From assembly GCA_963825135.1 (NCBI GenBank), contig CAWGRW010000009.1, positions 1,440,001-1,504,000 on the forward strand: a stretch of 64,000 nucleotides of DNA. Reading direction: 5' to 3'. Below, one piece after another: positions 1 to 10,770 of this stretch. The translations under genes were made by a program, and so were the position numbers. Origin of the DNA: an uncultured bacterium (lineage in GTDB: Bacteria; Desulfobacterota_D; UBA1144; Nemesobacterales; UBA2774). The notes under the pieces were generated by a model, which did no database searches, was not told the origin of the DNA, and was given only the letters and a program-made list of their open reading frames with translations. Position 1 is the first letter of the stretch; each line of letters starts with the position of its first letter.

Positions 1-2
1 AC

Positions 3-1463
3 CCAGTCTCTGTCGTTATACGAGAACCAGACGTTTTTAAACTCGAGTTTGCCCCTTACGTAGGCTTCCCGGATCCCGTCTCTCTGCTCCGGTCTTACGT
101 TTATCAGCTCGTAAAGGTTCTCGCTCGCCGCCGCCGCGGACTGGAAGATGTTGTACTTCTCCGCGAGCTCCGTGATCGGGCGGAAGAGCATTCTCACGTA
201 ATAAAGATAAGCGAGAAGAGCGCCGATCGTGAGCTCGAGTCTCAGCACGCTGAGACCTCCGTACCATAGTATGAAAGCGACGGTGAATACGCTCATGAAT
301 TCGATAAACGGTCTGAACGTCGCGTATACCCACAACTGGTCCATGTTCGCCTTGAAGTTCTCTCTGTTCGTCGCCTTGAATTTTTCGAAATTCTCCATTT
401 CCCGGTTATATAGCTTGATGAGCACGATCCCTCTTACGCTTTCCTGCACGAATGAGTTCAGCTTCGCAATCGACTTCCTGACGTCCCTGTAAACCGTCTT
501 GAGCTTCATTCTGAAAAGTCCCGCGAAAAACACCATCAGGACCGTAAAAACCGTAACGAACAGAGTGAGGTTCCTGTTCATGTAGAACATTATTATTATC
601 ACGCCGATGATAACGAGAGCGTCTTTAAAAAATTGCACGGCCACGGAGGTGTACATTTCATTTATGGCGTTTACGTCGCTGGTCACGCGCGTCGTCAGCC
701 TTCCGACGGGGTTTTTATCGAAAAAAGGCTGGGGGAGACTCAGTATATGAGTAAAGACGTCCGTTCTCATCCTGTGCATTATTTTATGACCCGAATAATT
801 AAGCAGATATGTGAAGAGTGAGCTTAGAATAAAAATCCCCGACAGACACCCGAATACGATTGACGAGAGAATAACGACTTCCCTGATATCGTCGCTTCTC
901 AGGATAAGCAGGTCTTTCCTGCCGAGGTCCTTAAGCGATGTATAACTTATATAATGGAGACCGCCGGCTTCGTTAAAGAGCCGGTTGTTCCGTTCAATAA
1001 TTTCGTCTACGCTCGAAAGCCTGTCCCCCTTGAAATGAGCGGGGTTTATAACTAGGTACTTCTCTTCGGCGACCATGCCGAGCTTCTCCAAGTCGTTCCT
1101 GTCGGCGTTATCGAGTTCAGACATGTCTATCAGGTAGGAATTCGCCCCCAGCGGGACCACCAGCGACGGGTATTTGTCCCTGATGGATTTTTCGAATTTC
1201 ACGTCCCTCTCATTGTCCTTGAAACGGGCTATGCCCCACGACGGGTAGACATATTTATCGACCGCGATCTTGGTCAGGTAGGGGACTGCGAGTTCGAGCA
1301 GCGCCGTCACGATCATGAGCGCGAGAGCCAGGGCCATAACCGCCCTGTGGGGTCCCGTGAAACTGTAGAGCCATCTGATTATTCTGAGGTCCTGCGTCCC
1401 CTTGCTCTTTTCCGGCTCCCCGCTGTCCGTCAACGCCAATGAGGTGTCTCCCCGTATGCGCAT
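3..1463 (-). CDS. ABC exporter, fused permease/ATPase half-transporter (MdlB/TmrAB-like); runs off the window start
   Basis: Absent from the ORF track; translated by hand from ATG 1463: MRIRGDTS..ELAVPYLTKIAVD..FFDKNPVGRLTTRVTSDV..LFRPITELAEKYNIFQSA..GKLEFKNVWFSY, i.e. exporter TMD motifs then the start of the NBD. Confidence 0.92.
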   Translation of the reverse strand, partial: MRIRGDTSLALTDSGEPEKSKGTQDLRIIRWLYSFTGPHRAVMALALALMIVTALLELAVPYLTKIAVDKYVYPSWGIARFKDNERDVKFEKSIRDKYPSLVVPLGANSYLIDMSELDNADRNDLEKLGMVAEEKYLVINPAHFKGDRLSSVDEIIERNNRLFNEAGGLHYISYTSLKDLGRKDLLILRSDDIREVVILSSIVFGCLSGIFILSSLFTYLLNYSGHKIMHRMRTDVFTHILSLPQPFFDKNPVGRLTTRVTSDVNAINEMYTSVAVQFFKDALVIIGVIIIMFYMNRNLTLFVTVFTVLMVFFAGLFRMKLKTVYRDVRKSIAKLNSFVQESVRGIVLIKLYNREMENFEKFKATNRENFKANMDQLWVYATFRPFIEFMSVFTVAFILWYGGLSVLRLELTIGALLAYLYYVRMLFRPITELAEKYNIFQSAAAASENLYELINVRPEQRDGIREAYVRGKLEFKNVWFSYNDRDW

Positions 1464-1664
1464 GAATACGCTGATTCGACGATATATATTCTTCCGGCGG
1501 TCATATTAAGTCAGGATGTCCGAGGCCTTCCTTCTCCCCCTTTGTAATGGAAAACGATCTCCAGTACTATAATTCTATTTGCTCCCGGTGAAAAATCAAA
1601 ACTGTCATGCATAGTTTTGCCGTCGATATCGGACGGGTCGGCATTAAAAAAACTGGAGGTGTCT

Positions 1665-1967
1665 ATGATTAAACACATCGTCATGTGGAGGCTCAAGGAC
1701 TTCGCCGCCGGAGCCTCGAAAGAGGAGAATGCGAGGAAGCTTAAGGAATCGCTCGAGGCGCTCGACGGAGTTATAGGGGAGATAGCGGCCATTGAGGTCG
1801 GTATTAATTTTAATTCCTCCCCCGCGGCGTTCGATGTGGTTCTATATTCCGAATTTGGAAACAGGGAAGGGCTCGAAGCGTATCAGAACCACCCCGAACA
1901 TCTGAAAATAGTGGATTTCGTGGGCGAGATCCGCTCTGACAGAGCGGTTGTGGATTATGAATACTGA
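1665..1967 (+). CDS. Dabb / stress-responsive alpha-beta barrel protein
   Basis: MIKHIVMWRLK..YQNHPEH..RAVVDYE signature; GGAGGT RBS before ATG 1665. Confidence 0.9.
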   Translation: MIKHIVMWRLKDFAAGASKEENARKLKESLEALDGVIGEIAAIEVGINFNSSPAAFDVVLYSEFGNREGLEAYQNHPEHLKIVDFVGEIRSDRAVVDYEY

Positions 1968-1982
1968 TTCGCGGGGGTCTGA

Positions 1983-3017
1983 TTAACCTGAAGCCATTCC
2001 TTTTCCCCTGAAGTACCTGGGGCGGGACGTGGAATAGGGGTTGATGTCCAGCTCGGAAGTTTCCCCCAGCCTGAGTCTCGCCGCGCCGAGCGCCCCTATC
2101 ATCGCGGCGTTGTCGGTGCAGAGTACCGGTGACGGAATATAAAGCGTTATCCCTTCCTCGCCGAACCTCTCCCTCGCCAGAGCCCTGAGCCTGGAATTGC
2201 AGGCTACTCCGCCCGAAATGACCGCTGATTTCACTCCGTATTCCCTGGCTGCGAGGAGCGTTTTTTCCGTGAGCGTTTCCGCTATGGCTTCCTGGTAACC
2301 AGCGCATATGTCTCTTAACTGTCCCCGGTCAGGGTCCGGGTGTTTCCTCAAGTAATATACGAGCGAGGTCTTAAGCCCGCTGAAGCTGAAGTCGAAGGAC
2401 GAGGAGCTTTTAAACGGTCTCGGAAAAGGAATCGCCTCGGGGTTTCCCTCTTTCGCGAGCCTGTCTATCGCCACTCCTCCGGGGTATTCGAGTCCGAGGG
2501 CTTTCGCTGCCTTATCGAACGCCTCCCCCGCCGCGTCGTCCCTCGTTTTTCCGATGAGCTCGAATTCGGTGTAATTCTTGACCAGAAACAGGCTCGTATG
2601 TCCGCCCGAGACCACTAGTCCCACGAAAGGGAACTCCACATCGTGCTCCAGATGCACCGCCGAGAGATGCGCTTCGAGGTGGTTCACGCCGATCAGCGGG
2701 ATGCCGAGCCCGTAGGCGAACGCCTTTGCGGTGGAAAGTCCGACCATGAGCGAGCCGATCAGCCCCGGACCGTTCGTAACCGCTATCCCTTCCAGCTCCC
2801 CGGTGTGCCTGTCCGCTTCGGTTAATGCTTTTTTAATCACGGCGAGAATCAGCTCTACGTGTTTTCTCGACGCGATTTCCGGCACGACGCCGCCGTATTC
2901 CTTGTGAATATCCGCCTGGGACGCTACGACGTTCGAGAGGGTTTTCCTTCCCCCTTCGATAACGGCCGCGGCCGTTTCGTCGCAGGACGTCTCAATGCCC
3001 AGTATCAAACTATGCAT
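1983..3017 (-). CDS. tsaD: tRNA N6-threonylcarbamoyladenosine synthesis protein TsaD
   Basis: LGIETSCDET, GGVVPEIASRKH, NHLEAH, VSGGHT, DDAAGEAFDK, CTDNAAMI; start could be 3017 or 3023. Confidence 0.97.
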   Translation of the reverse strand: MHSLILGIETSCDETAAAVIEGGRKTLSNVVASQADIHKEYGGVVPEIASRKHVELILAVIKKALTEADRHTGELEGIAVTNGPGLIGSLMVGLSTAKAFAYGLGIPLIGVNHLEAHLSAVHLEHDVEFPFVGLVVSGGHTSLFLVKNYTEFELIGKTRDDAAGEAFDKAAKALGLEYPGGVAIDRLAKEGNPEAIPFPRPFKSSSSFDFSFSGLKTSLVYYLRKHPDPDRGQLRDICAGYQEAIAETLTEKTLLAAREYGVKSAVISGGVACNSRLRALARERFGEEGITLYIPSPVLCTDNAAMIGALGAARLRLGETSELDINPYSTSRPRYFRGKGMASG

Positions 3018-3065
3018 GCCCATTAGTTTACAGCACCCGGGAACGTTCACAAATTAGGGCTTTCA

Positions 3066-3094
3066 TTGCGCTTTACCGCCGTTACTTTTATACT
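3066..3094 (+). promoter_or_regulatory. sigma70-type promoter for thiC
   Basis: TTGCGC-N17-TATACT about 60 nt upstream of thiC. Confidence 0.6.
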
Positions 3095-3136
3095 ATAAGT
3101 TGGCGGATTTGTTGTCCCGCTCTGCTTTTTATCTAG

Positions 3137-5059
<1,923 letters not shown>

Positions 5060-5174
5060 CGCCCGGCTCATCTCTGTCGTGCTTAAACAAGAACTTGCTT
5101 GTAACGCCGGGTCCGGACGCCCTATCGCATAGAATCCCGTTTTCTAGTTTCCGGCGCTCTCAGCCGCGGCTCTA

Positions 5175-6785
5175 TCACCTGAAAAACGGAAAAAACCCGC
5201 CTCCTCCGGTGCTCCCCGTGCTTCGTTTTATTGCCTGGCTCGCGCGGTTTGTAATCTTGCATGTGGACGAGATCTCCGCCCTGGCTTGCATGTAAACGGT
5301 CCTTCCGCCGAGACTCCTCGACAGGCTTACATTTATAGTTGCTTTGCCGGTCGAATCCGCGGAAGCCGTACCCAGCAATGCCGGACTTCTCAGGTCAAGC
5401 GCCTTCCCCTTGCATGCTCCTGTTGAAATGGAGGTCCTCCCTGTGGATGTCGAAGAGTAGAACCTGACAAGTGAGCCCCGCGGCGCGCCTGTAACGGTCA
5501 ATGAATTTCTGACCCCCGCCGTTCCGGGAGTGAACTTGGAAAGAGTCGCGCTCGCTGACGGGGGCGCGGTTGGTTTCGGAGTAGGCACAGGCGTGGGAAC
5601 AGGGGTGGGCTGAGGCAAGGAGGCTTTGTCTACAATTTTAAATATTTCTCCGTCGAGGTCGATTATGTATATCTCGCCTTTGTCGTCTTCACCGAACGAT
5701 GAGATATTGTCGATGGTCTGTCCGGTGATAGGTTTGAGCTCGGCGGTACGATCCGTGAATTGCGTGACGGTATTCCCGCTCCTTACGAAAGACCATATCT
5801 TGCCGCTACAGTAATCGGCGAAGAAATATGTTCCGTCTAGCGCCGGTATCGCCGTCCCTCTGTACACGTAACCACCGGTTACGGCGCAGTTCCCCCCAGC
5901 GTGCGTGTAATCATAGATCGGCTTTATCAACACGGGGTCGTCGCATGTGCACCCGGATAGACCCGTGCACGCGTTACCCTCCATGCAGCGCCAGCCGTAA
6001 TTCTCCCCGCCCGTACTCGTTCCCGCCTGGAAGCTGATTTCTTCCCTCGTATCCTGTCCTACGTCGCCGATATAGAGATTGCCGTTAAGCCTGTCGAAGC
6101 TGAACCGCCATGGGTTTCTAAAACCCTCGGCCCAAATAATATCGAGAACGGAGGGGTCGCCGTTAAAGGGGTTGCTCGCGGGGGCCGTGAATATAGTGCC
6201 GTTTCCGACGTCGATCCTCAGCAGTTTACCGAGTTCCGTCTGCCCGTCCTGCGCCCTGTTGCCGGGGTCATACCCGGAGCCGCCGTCTCCCGTGCCTATG
6301 TACAGATAGTCGTCATTCGGGCTGAATGCGAGCATCCCGCCGTTGTGGTTACTGAAGGGCTGTGTGACGGTCATCATTATCTGCTCGCTGCTCGCATCCG
6401 CAACATCTGGGTTCGCCGATACCTTGTAACGGGCAATAACCGTATTTCCGGAATTATCCGTATAGTCAACGTAGAAATAGCCGTTACTGGCATAATTCGG
6501 GTGAAAGGCGAGACCGAGAAGACCCCTCTCGCCGCCGCTTGAGGCTTTGGAGTCGATATTTAAAAAGGGCGTGGCGAGCACAGCCCCGTTCTTGATTATC
6601 CTGATTGTCGCCGAGTTTTGCTCGACTATGAAGAGACGGGCCGAATCCCCGGCAGGGGTCGTCAGAAACAGGGGCTCGGAGAAGCCGCCTGCGACTTTAA
6701 CCGTGGTGAGCTCTACACCCCGCGAACTGTAGACGGTAAATACTGTTAATGCCGAAATTATCAGGAATTTCAGATACGCGCTCAT
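5175..6785 (-). CDS. Secreted PQQ-dependent sugar (glucose/sorbosone) dehydrogenase-family beta-propeller with Pro/Thr linker and extra C-terminal domain
   Basis: Signal peptide; GERGLLGLAFHP, NHNGG, GFRNPWRFSFD, GDVGQ, GENYGW motifs; PQPTPVPTPVPTPKPT linker. Confidence 0.88.
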   Translation of the reverse strand: MSAYLKFLIISALTVFTVYSSRGVELTTVKVAGGFSEPLFLTTPAGDSARLFIVEQNSATIRIIKNGAVLATPFLNIDSKASSGGERGLLGLAFHPNYASNGYFYVDYTDNSGNTVIARYKVSANPDVADASSEQIMMTVTQPFSNHNGGMLAFSPNDDYLYIGTGDGGSGYDPGNRAQDGQTELGKLLRIDVGNGTIFTAPASNPFNGDPSVLDIIWAEGFRNPWRFSFDRLNGNLYIGDVGQDTREEISFQAGTSTGGENYGWRCMEGNACTGLSGCTCDDPVLIKPIYDYTHAGGNCAVTGGYVYRGTAIPALDGTYFFADYCSGKIWSFVRSGNTVTQFTDRTAELKPITGQTIDNISSFGEDDKGEIYIIDLDGEIFKIVDKASLPQPTPVPTPVPTPKPTAPPSASATLSKFTPGTAGVRNSLTVTGAPRGSLVRFYSSTSTGRTSISTGACKGKALDLRSPALLGTASADSTGKATINVSLSRSLGGRTVYMQARAEISSTCKITNRASQAIKRSTGSTGGGGFFPFFR

Positions 6786-6860
6786 AACGTAAACCCCCTC
6801 AGCCGGTCCTCATATCCGAGAGCAAAGGGAGACTGTGACGTATCCGTGGATTCGCCCCTA

Positions 6861-6955
6861 CTTCGGTAACCAGTCTACCTTAGGCCCTTTCGAGCCCTTA
6901 GGTCTTGGGTTTTGCGTCCCGTCTTTTCAGGCGGTTTGCCGTTTCGGATGAGGAC
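6861..6955 (-). ncRNA. Cyclic di-GMP-I (GEMM-I) riboswitch
   Basis: Minus strand reads CCGAAACGGCAAACCGCCT-GAAA-AGACGG-GACGCAAAA-CCCAAGACCTAAGGGCTC-GAAA-GGGCCTAAGGTAGACTGGTTACCGAAG: GGCAAACC, GNRA-capped P2, GACGCAAA, CCTAA receptor and GGTTACCG hallmarks, in the 5' UTR of 5175..6785. Confidence 0.93.
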
Positions 6956-7140
6956 TTTATTTTGTATATACAAATGATAGCACCTAAATTAATTCTAATC
7001 AACAATAATTTAGCACGCGTTCCGGGGCTATCGAACCGGTTGCCCTTCCGGAATATTCGGTCATATTGTATATAAACGCATCTGCGGCGGGGCCGTGATT
7101 CGGCCGGTTCGTCAAATTGCAAAAACACGGAGGGACGTCG

Positions 7141-8142
7141 ATGAGCAGCAGGAAATTCAGGGCACTCGTGGTCGAGGAGACCGGGGAGAATACATTCGCG
7201 AGATCGGTTAAGGATAGGTCAACCGATGACCTGCCTGCGGGAGAGGTGCTGATCCGCGTTCACTACTCCTCGCTTAACTATAAAGACGCCCTTTCCGCGA
7301 CCGGCAACAAAGGCGTGACTAAGAATTATCCACACACGCCCGGCATCGACGCCTCGGGCGTCGTCCAGGAGAGCGCTTCGGGTGACTTCAAGCCGGGCGA
7401 AGAGGTCCTCGTGACAGGTTACGACCTCGGAGCCAATACTTCAGGCGGGTACGGGGAGTATATAAGAGTGCCCTCCGATTGGGTCATCAAGCTCCCGGCG
7501 GGCCTCTCACCCATGGAATCTATGGTTTACGGGACCGCGGGCTTCACCGCCGCCCTCTCCGTTTACAAAATGGAGGAACACGGGGTCGCCCCCGGGATGG
7601 GGGAGGTGCTCGTTACGGGCGCTACAGGCGGCGTCGGGAGCGTCGCTTCGGGCATTCTCGCAAAATCGGGTTACCGCGTCGTCGCCTCCACGGGGAAGAC
7701 CGACCGGAATCAGCTGCTCCTGGGTCTCGGCGTAAAAGAGGTGATAAGCAGGGAGGACGCGAAGGATACGTCGGGACGAGCCCTCCTCAAGGCGAGGTGG
7801 GCGGGGGTGGTGGATACGGTCGGGGGAGAAATACTCGCTACCGCTGTCAAATCAGCCGGACAGCACGGGGTCGTCACGTGCTGCGGTAATGTGGCTTCGG
7901 CGGACCTGCCCCTAAGCGTATATCCGTTCATTTTGAGAGGGGTCACTCTCGTCGGCATAGATTCCGCATACTGTCCGATGGACGTGAGAAAAAGGGTCTG
8001 GGCGAAGATCGCGAACGAATGGAAATTAGACAGGCTCGATATATTAACGACAGAGATTTCCCTGGCTCAGCTGGACAAACACGTAGAGCTAATACTGCAG
8101 GGGAAGGAGAGTGGAAGAGTAGTCGTTAACATGATGAAGTAG
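7141..8142 (+). CDS. YhdH/YhfP-family quinone oxidoreductase (AcuI-like acryloyl-CoA reductase)
   Basis: YSSLNYKDAL, PGIDASG, GTAGFTAAL, VTGATGGVGS, PFILRGVTLVGIDS. Confidence 0.92.
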   Translation: MSSRKFRALVVEETGENTFARSVKDRSTDDLPAGEVLIRVHYSSLNYKDALSATGNKGVTKNYPHTPGIDASGVVQESASGDFKPGEEVLVTGYDLGANTSGGYGEYIRVPSDWVIKLPAGLSPMESMVYGTAGFTAALSVYKMEEHGVAPGMGEVLVTGATGGVGSVASGILAKSGYRVVASTGKTDRNQLLLGLGVKEVISREDAKDTSGRALLKARWAGVVDTVGGEILATAVKSAGQHGVVTCCGNVASADLPLSVYPFILRGVTLVGIDSAYCPMDVRKRVWAKIANEWKLDRLDILTTEISLAQLDKHVELILQGKESGRVVVNMMK

Positions 8143-8242
8143 GATGCGTATGACCATGTCAGGACCTGGGTCTGTTCGCTATCCGGCGCCTTTACGATTA
8201 ATTCCCCCGGGTTTCGACTCAATCCCCCTGTTTAACCTGTAG

Positions 8243-8280
8243 TGTTCAATTTTTAGAATACCTTGCTTAAGTTTTAGGCA
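8243..8280 (+). promoter_or_regulatory. Tandem NtrC-like enhancer sites upstream of amtB
   Basis: TGCTTAAGTTTTAGGCA (TGC-N11-GCA, 8264-8280) and a degenerate copy TGTTCAATTTTTAGAAT 21 bp upstream. Confidence 0.6.
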
Positions 8281-8342
8281 CTCAACTCCCCGGGATTTCG
8301 CGTAAGTCCCCAATTTTATTGATAGATAATCGACCCCCTAGC

Positions 8343-8358
8343 TGGTATGCCGTTTGCA
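8343..8358 (+). promoter_or_regulatory. sigma54 -24/-12 promoter of amtB
   Basis: TGGTATGCCGTTTGCA, GG-N10-GC spacing. Confidence 0.82.
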
Positions 8359-8524
8359 TTCATTATATGTGAGATTGTATGGATGAGTAGGCAGGAATTC
8401 CCGAGAATATAGGGCATTGAATAACAAAGGATCGATTGAGGCGGTCTGCTTCAAACAATGGCCGATACTCGGAACTGTACGGTTTCAATTAAACACCCGA
8501 TTACCGCACAAAGGAGGATTTGAT

Positions 8525-9913
8525 ATGAGAAAGGTAGCTTTGAAGTTTAATTCGAAAGTTTCGCTGCTGTCTATATTTTTGCTGATGTTGTTTTTGTTTC
8601 TGCCCGATTTGTCCCACGCCCAGGAAGGGCCCGCGATCGACACGGGGGACACGGCCTGGATGCTCACATCCTCGCTTCTGGTCCTGATGATGACGATTCC
8701 CGGACTTTTCCTTTTCTATGGAGGCTTGGTTCGCTCCAAGAACGCTCTGGGGACCTTCATGCACAGCTTTTTCATCGTGGCATTGGTTTCCATACAATGG
8801 GTTATCATAGGTTATACCCTTGCTTTCGGACCCGATATATCCCATTTCATCGGGAATCTCGACTGGCTTGGTTTAAACGGGGTCACGGGCGCGCCCTCAG
8901 ACGTTTGGGCGACCACCATACCTCATAACCTCTTCATGGTTTATCAGCTGACTTTCGCCGTAATAACCGTGGCTCTTATCACGGGCTCGTTCGCGGAGCG
9001 CGCAAAATTCAGCACATTCATCATCTTCGTCCTTCTCTGGACGACATTCATATACGATCCGCTGGCCCATTGGGTTTGGGGAGGCGGATGGATAGGGGCT
9101 ATGGGCGCTCTCGATTTCGCCGGCGGTACGGTGGTGCACATAAGCTCCGGCGCCGCAGCCCTCGCAGCAGCCATTATGTTCGGAAAGAGGATCGGATACG
9201 GCCGAGAACCTATGGCGCCTCATTTCCTGCCTTACAGCGTCATCGGCGCTTCACTGCTCTGGGTAGGGTGGTTCGGTTTTAACGCGGGCAGTGCTGTGGC
9301 CGCAAACGGCCTTGCAAGCACGGCTTTCGTTACGACCAATACTGCGACAGCGGCAGCGGTGCTCGGCTGGGTATTCATAGAGTGGATCGTCAGGGGCAAA
9401 CCGACAGTACTCGGCGCGGCCTCGGGAGCGGTGGCGGGTCTTGTGGCGATAACGCCCGCGGCGGGTTTTGTGACCCCTATGGCTGCGATACTTGTCGGCC
9501 TCGGCGGCGGTATATTCTGCTTCCTGGCCGTCAACCTGAGACCTAAGCTTGGTTATGACGATTCCCTGGACGTGGTGGGCGTGCACGGCATAGGCGGGAC
9601 GTGGGGTGCTCTTGCGACCGGGTTATTCGCGACCACAGCCGTTAATTCAGCCGGGCGCGACGGCCTCTTCTACGGAAATCCCGGGCAATTGTGGATACAG
9701 TTTGTGGGCGTCGTAGCCACATGGGCGTTCTCGTTCGTGGGCACGATGATCATTCTGGTCATCCTCAAGGCTGTAATGGGGCTAAGAGTGTCTTCCGAAA
9801 AAGAAATCGTAGGGCTCGACCTCGGCGAGCACGGAGAGGAAGCCTATTCAGGGTTTCAATTGTCTCAGGGCTATGGTACTCCCGAGCATGGAGTCAGGCT
9901 CACAGAAGAATAA
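8525..9913 (+). CDS. amtB: Ammonium transporter
   Basis: DTGDTAW, LDFAGGTVVHISSG, LWVGWFGFNAGS, DDSLDVVGVHG, GLDLGEHGEEAY; AAGGAGGA RBS. Confidence 0.97.
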   Translation: MRKVALKFNSKVSLLSIFLLMLFLFLPDLSHAQEGPAIDTGDTAWMLTSSLLVLMMTIPGLFLFYGGLVRSKNALGTFMHSFFIVALVSIQWVIIGYTLAFGPDISHFIGNLDWLGLNGVTGAPSDVWATTIPHNLFMVYQLTFAVITVALITGSFAERAKFSTFIIFVLLWTTFIYDPLAHWVWGGGWIGAMGALDFAGGTVVHISSGAAALAAAIMFGKRIGYGREPMAPHFLPYSVIGASLLWVGWFGFNAGSAVAANGLASTAFVTTNTATAAAVLGWVFIEWIVRGKPTVLGAASGAVAGLVAITPAAGFVTPMAAILVGLGGGIFCFLAVNLRPKLGYDDSLDVVGVHGIGGTWGALATGLFATTAVNSAGRDGLFYGNPGQLWIQFVGVVATWAFSFVGTMIILVILKAVMGLRVSSEKEIVGLDLGEHGEEAYSGFQLSQGYGTPEHGVRLTEE

Positions 9914-9931
9914 TTAATGACATCAATTCCG

Positions 9932-9967
9932 GAGCGGCGGGATCGCAATATCCCGCCGCTCTTTCTC
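9932..9967 (+). terminator. Intrinsic terminator after amtB
   Basis: 12-bp stem GAGCGGCGGGAT/ATCCCGCCGCTC then TTTCTC. Confidence 0.8.
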
Positions 9968-10080
9968 TCCTGAAGTAAATATCTATGGTCCCTCAATATC
10001 GGTCTTCCCCGATAGCAGGTTCGCGATTCCTCAGTTAGGTGTCTGAACAGGTCTAAAGCCGCGTGCAGAGACTTCGATGC

Positions 10081-10109
10081 TTGATTTATCGCGGAGGAGC
10101 GCATAGATT
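10081..10109 (+). promoter_or_regulatory. sigma70-type promoter, arfB probably leaderless
   Basis: TTGATT-N17-TAGATT ending 6 nt before ATG 10116. Confidence 0.55.
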
Positions 10110-10115
10110 CTAAGC

Positions 10116-10541
10116 ATGATACGAATCACGCCTCGTATAGCAGTTGATGAGAGAGAATTAACACTCTCATTCGTCCGCTCTTCCGGCCCGGGCGGGCAGA
10201 ACGTCAACAAAGTCGCGACGGCGGTAGAGCTCAGGTTCGACGCTGCAAACTCGCCGAGTCTTCCTCCCGAAGTCAGAAATCGGCTGATCAGGATTGCCGG
10301 AAGGAGAGCCACGAACGAGGGAGTCCTGATAATTGAAGCCCGCAGATTCAGGACTCAGGAGAAGAACCGCAGGGACGCATACGAGCGTTTTACGGAATTG
10401 TTAAAGAAAGCGGCGGCCGAGCCCGTAAAGAGGCGCAAGACCAAACCTACCGCTCAATCGAAGAAAAAAAGAATCAGCGGGAAAAAGCTCCGCGGTCGGG
10501 TCAAGGAATTGAGAAAATCCGTGAGCACCGCTACGGATTAA
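10116..10541 (+). CDS. arfB: Alternative ribosome rescue peptidyl-tRNA hydrolase ArfB
   Basis: RSSGPGGQNVNKVAT GGQ motif, RTQEKNR, basic tail RRKTKPT..K. Confidence 0.95.
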   Translation: MIRITPRIAVDERELTLSFVRSSGPGGQNVNKVATAVELRFDAANSPSLPPEVRNRLIRIAGRRATNEGVLIIEARRFRTQEKNRRDAYERFTELLKKAAAEPVKRRKTKPTAQSKKKRISGKKLRGRVKELRKSVSTATD

Positions 10542-10770
10542 TCCTCTTCCGGACGGAAAACCTTATGATATTATCATAGAAATTCGCGGCCTCTTCGTTA
10601 CACTGAACACCAAGACGCAAAGTGAGGTATGTTATTAACGGAGATTGATTTTAATAAGCCGATAGGAGTGTTCTGAAAGAACCATTCGGATAACCCGGAG
10701 CAAGGCTGACATCCTTTGAATTTGATTAGGTCTATAATCCCGTTAGAATACACGCTGACCGAGATTCGAT

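Noticed and set aside
37..821. Short ORFs 37..333, 229..492 and 633..821
   Set aside because: All overlap the real minus-strand ABC exporter missed by the ORF track
6861..6955. Geobacter-type 3'3'-cGAMP riboswitch variant
   Set aside because: The specificity position is G (C-G-G-C-AAACC), not A
8420..8520. CAAAGG/CAATGG motifs in the amtB leader as ANTAR target hairpins
   Set aside because: Motifs are not closed by proper stems and no leader terminator is evident
10614..10622. GACGCAAAG, a second possible GEMM core
   Set aside because: No upstream GGCAAACC/GNRA stem and no downstream P3 or GTTACC
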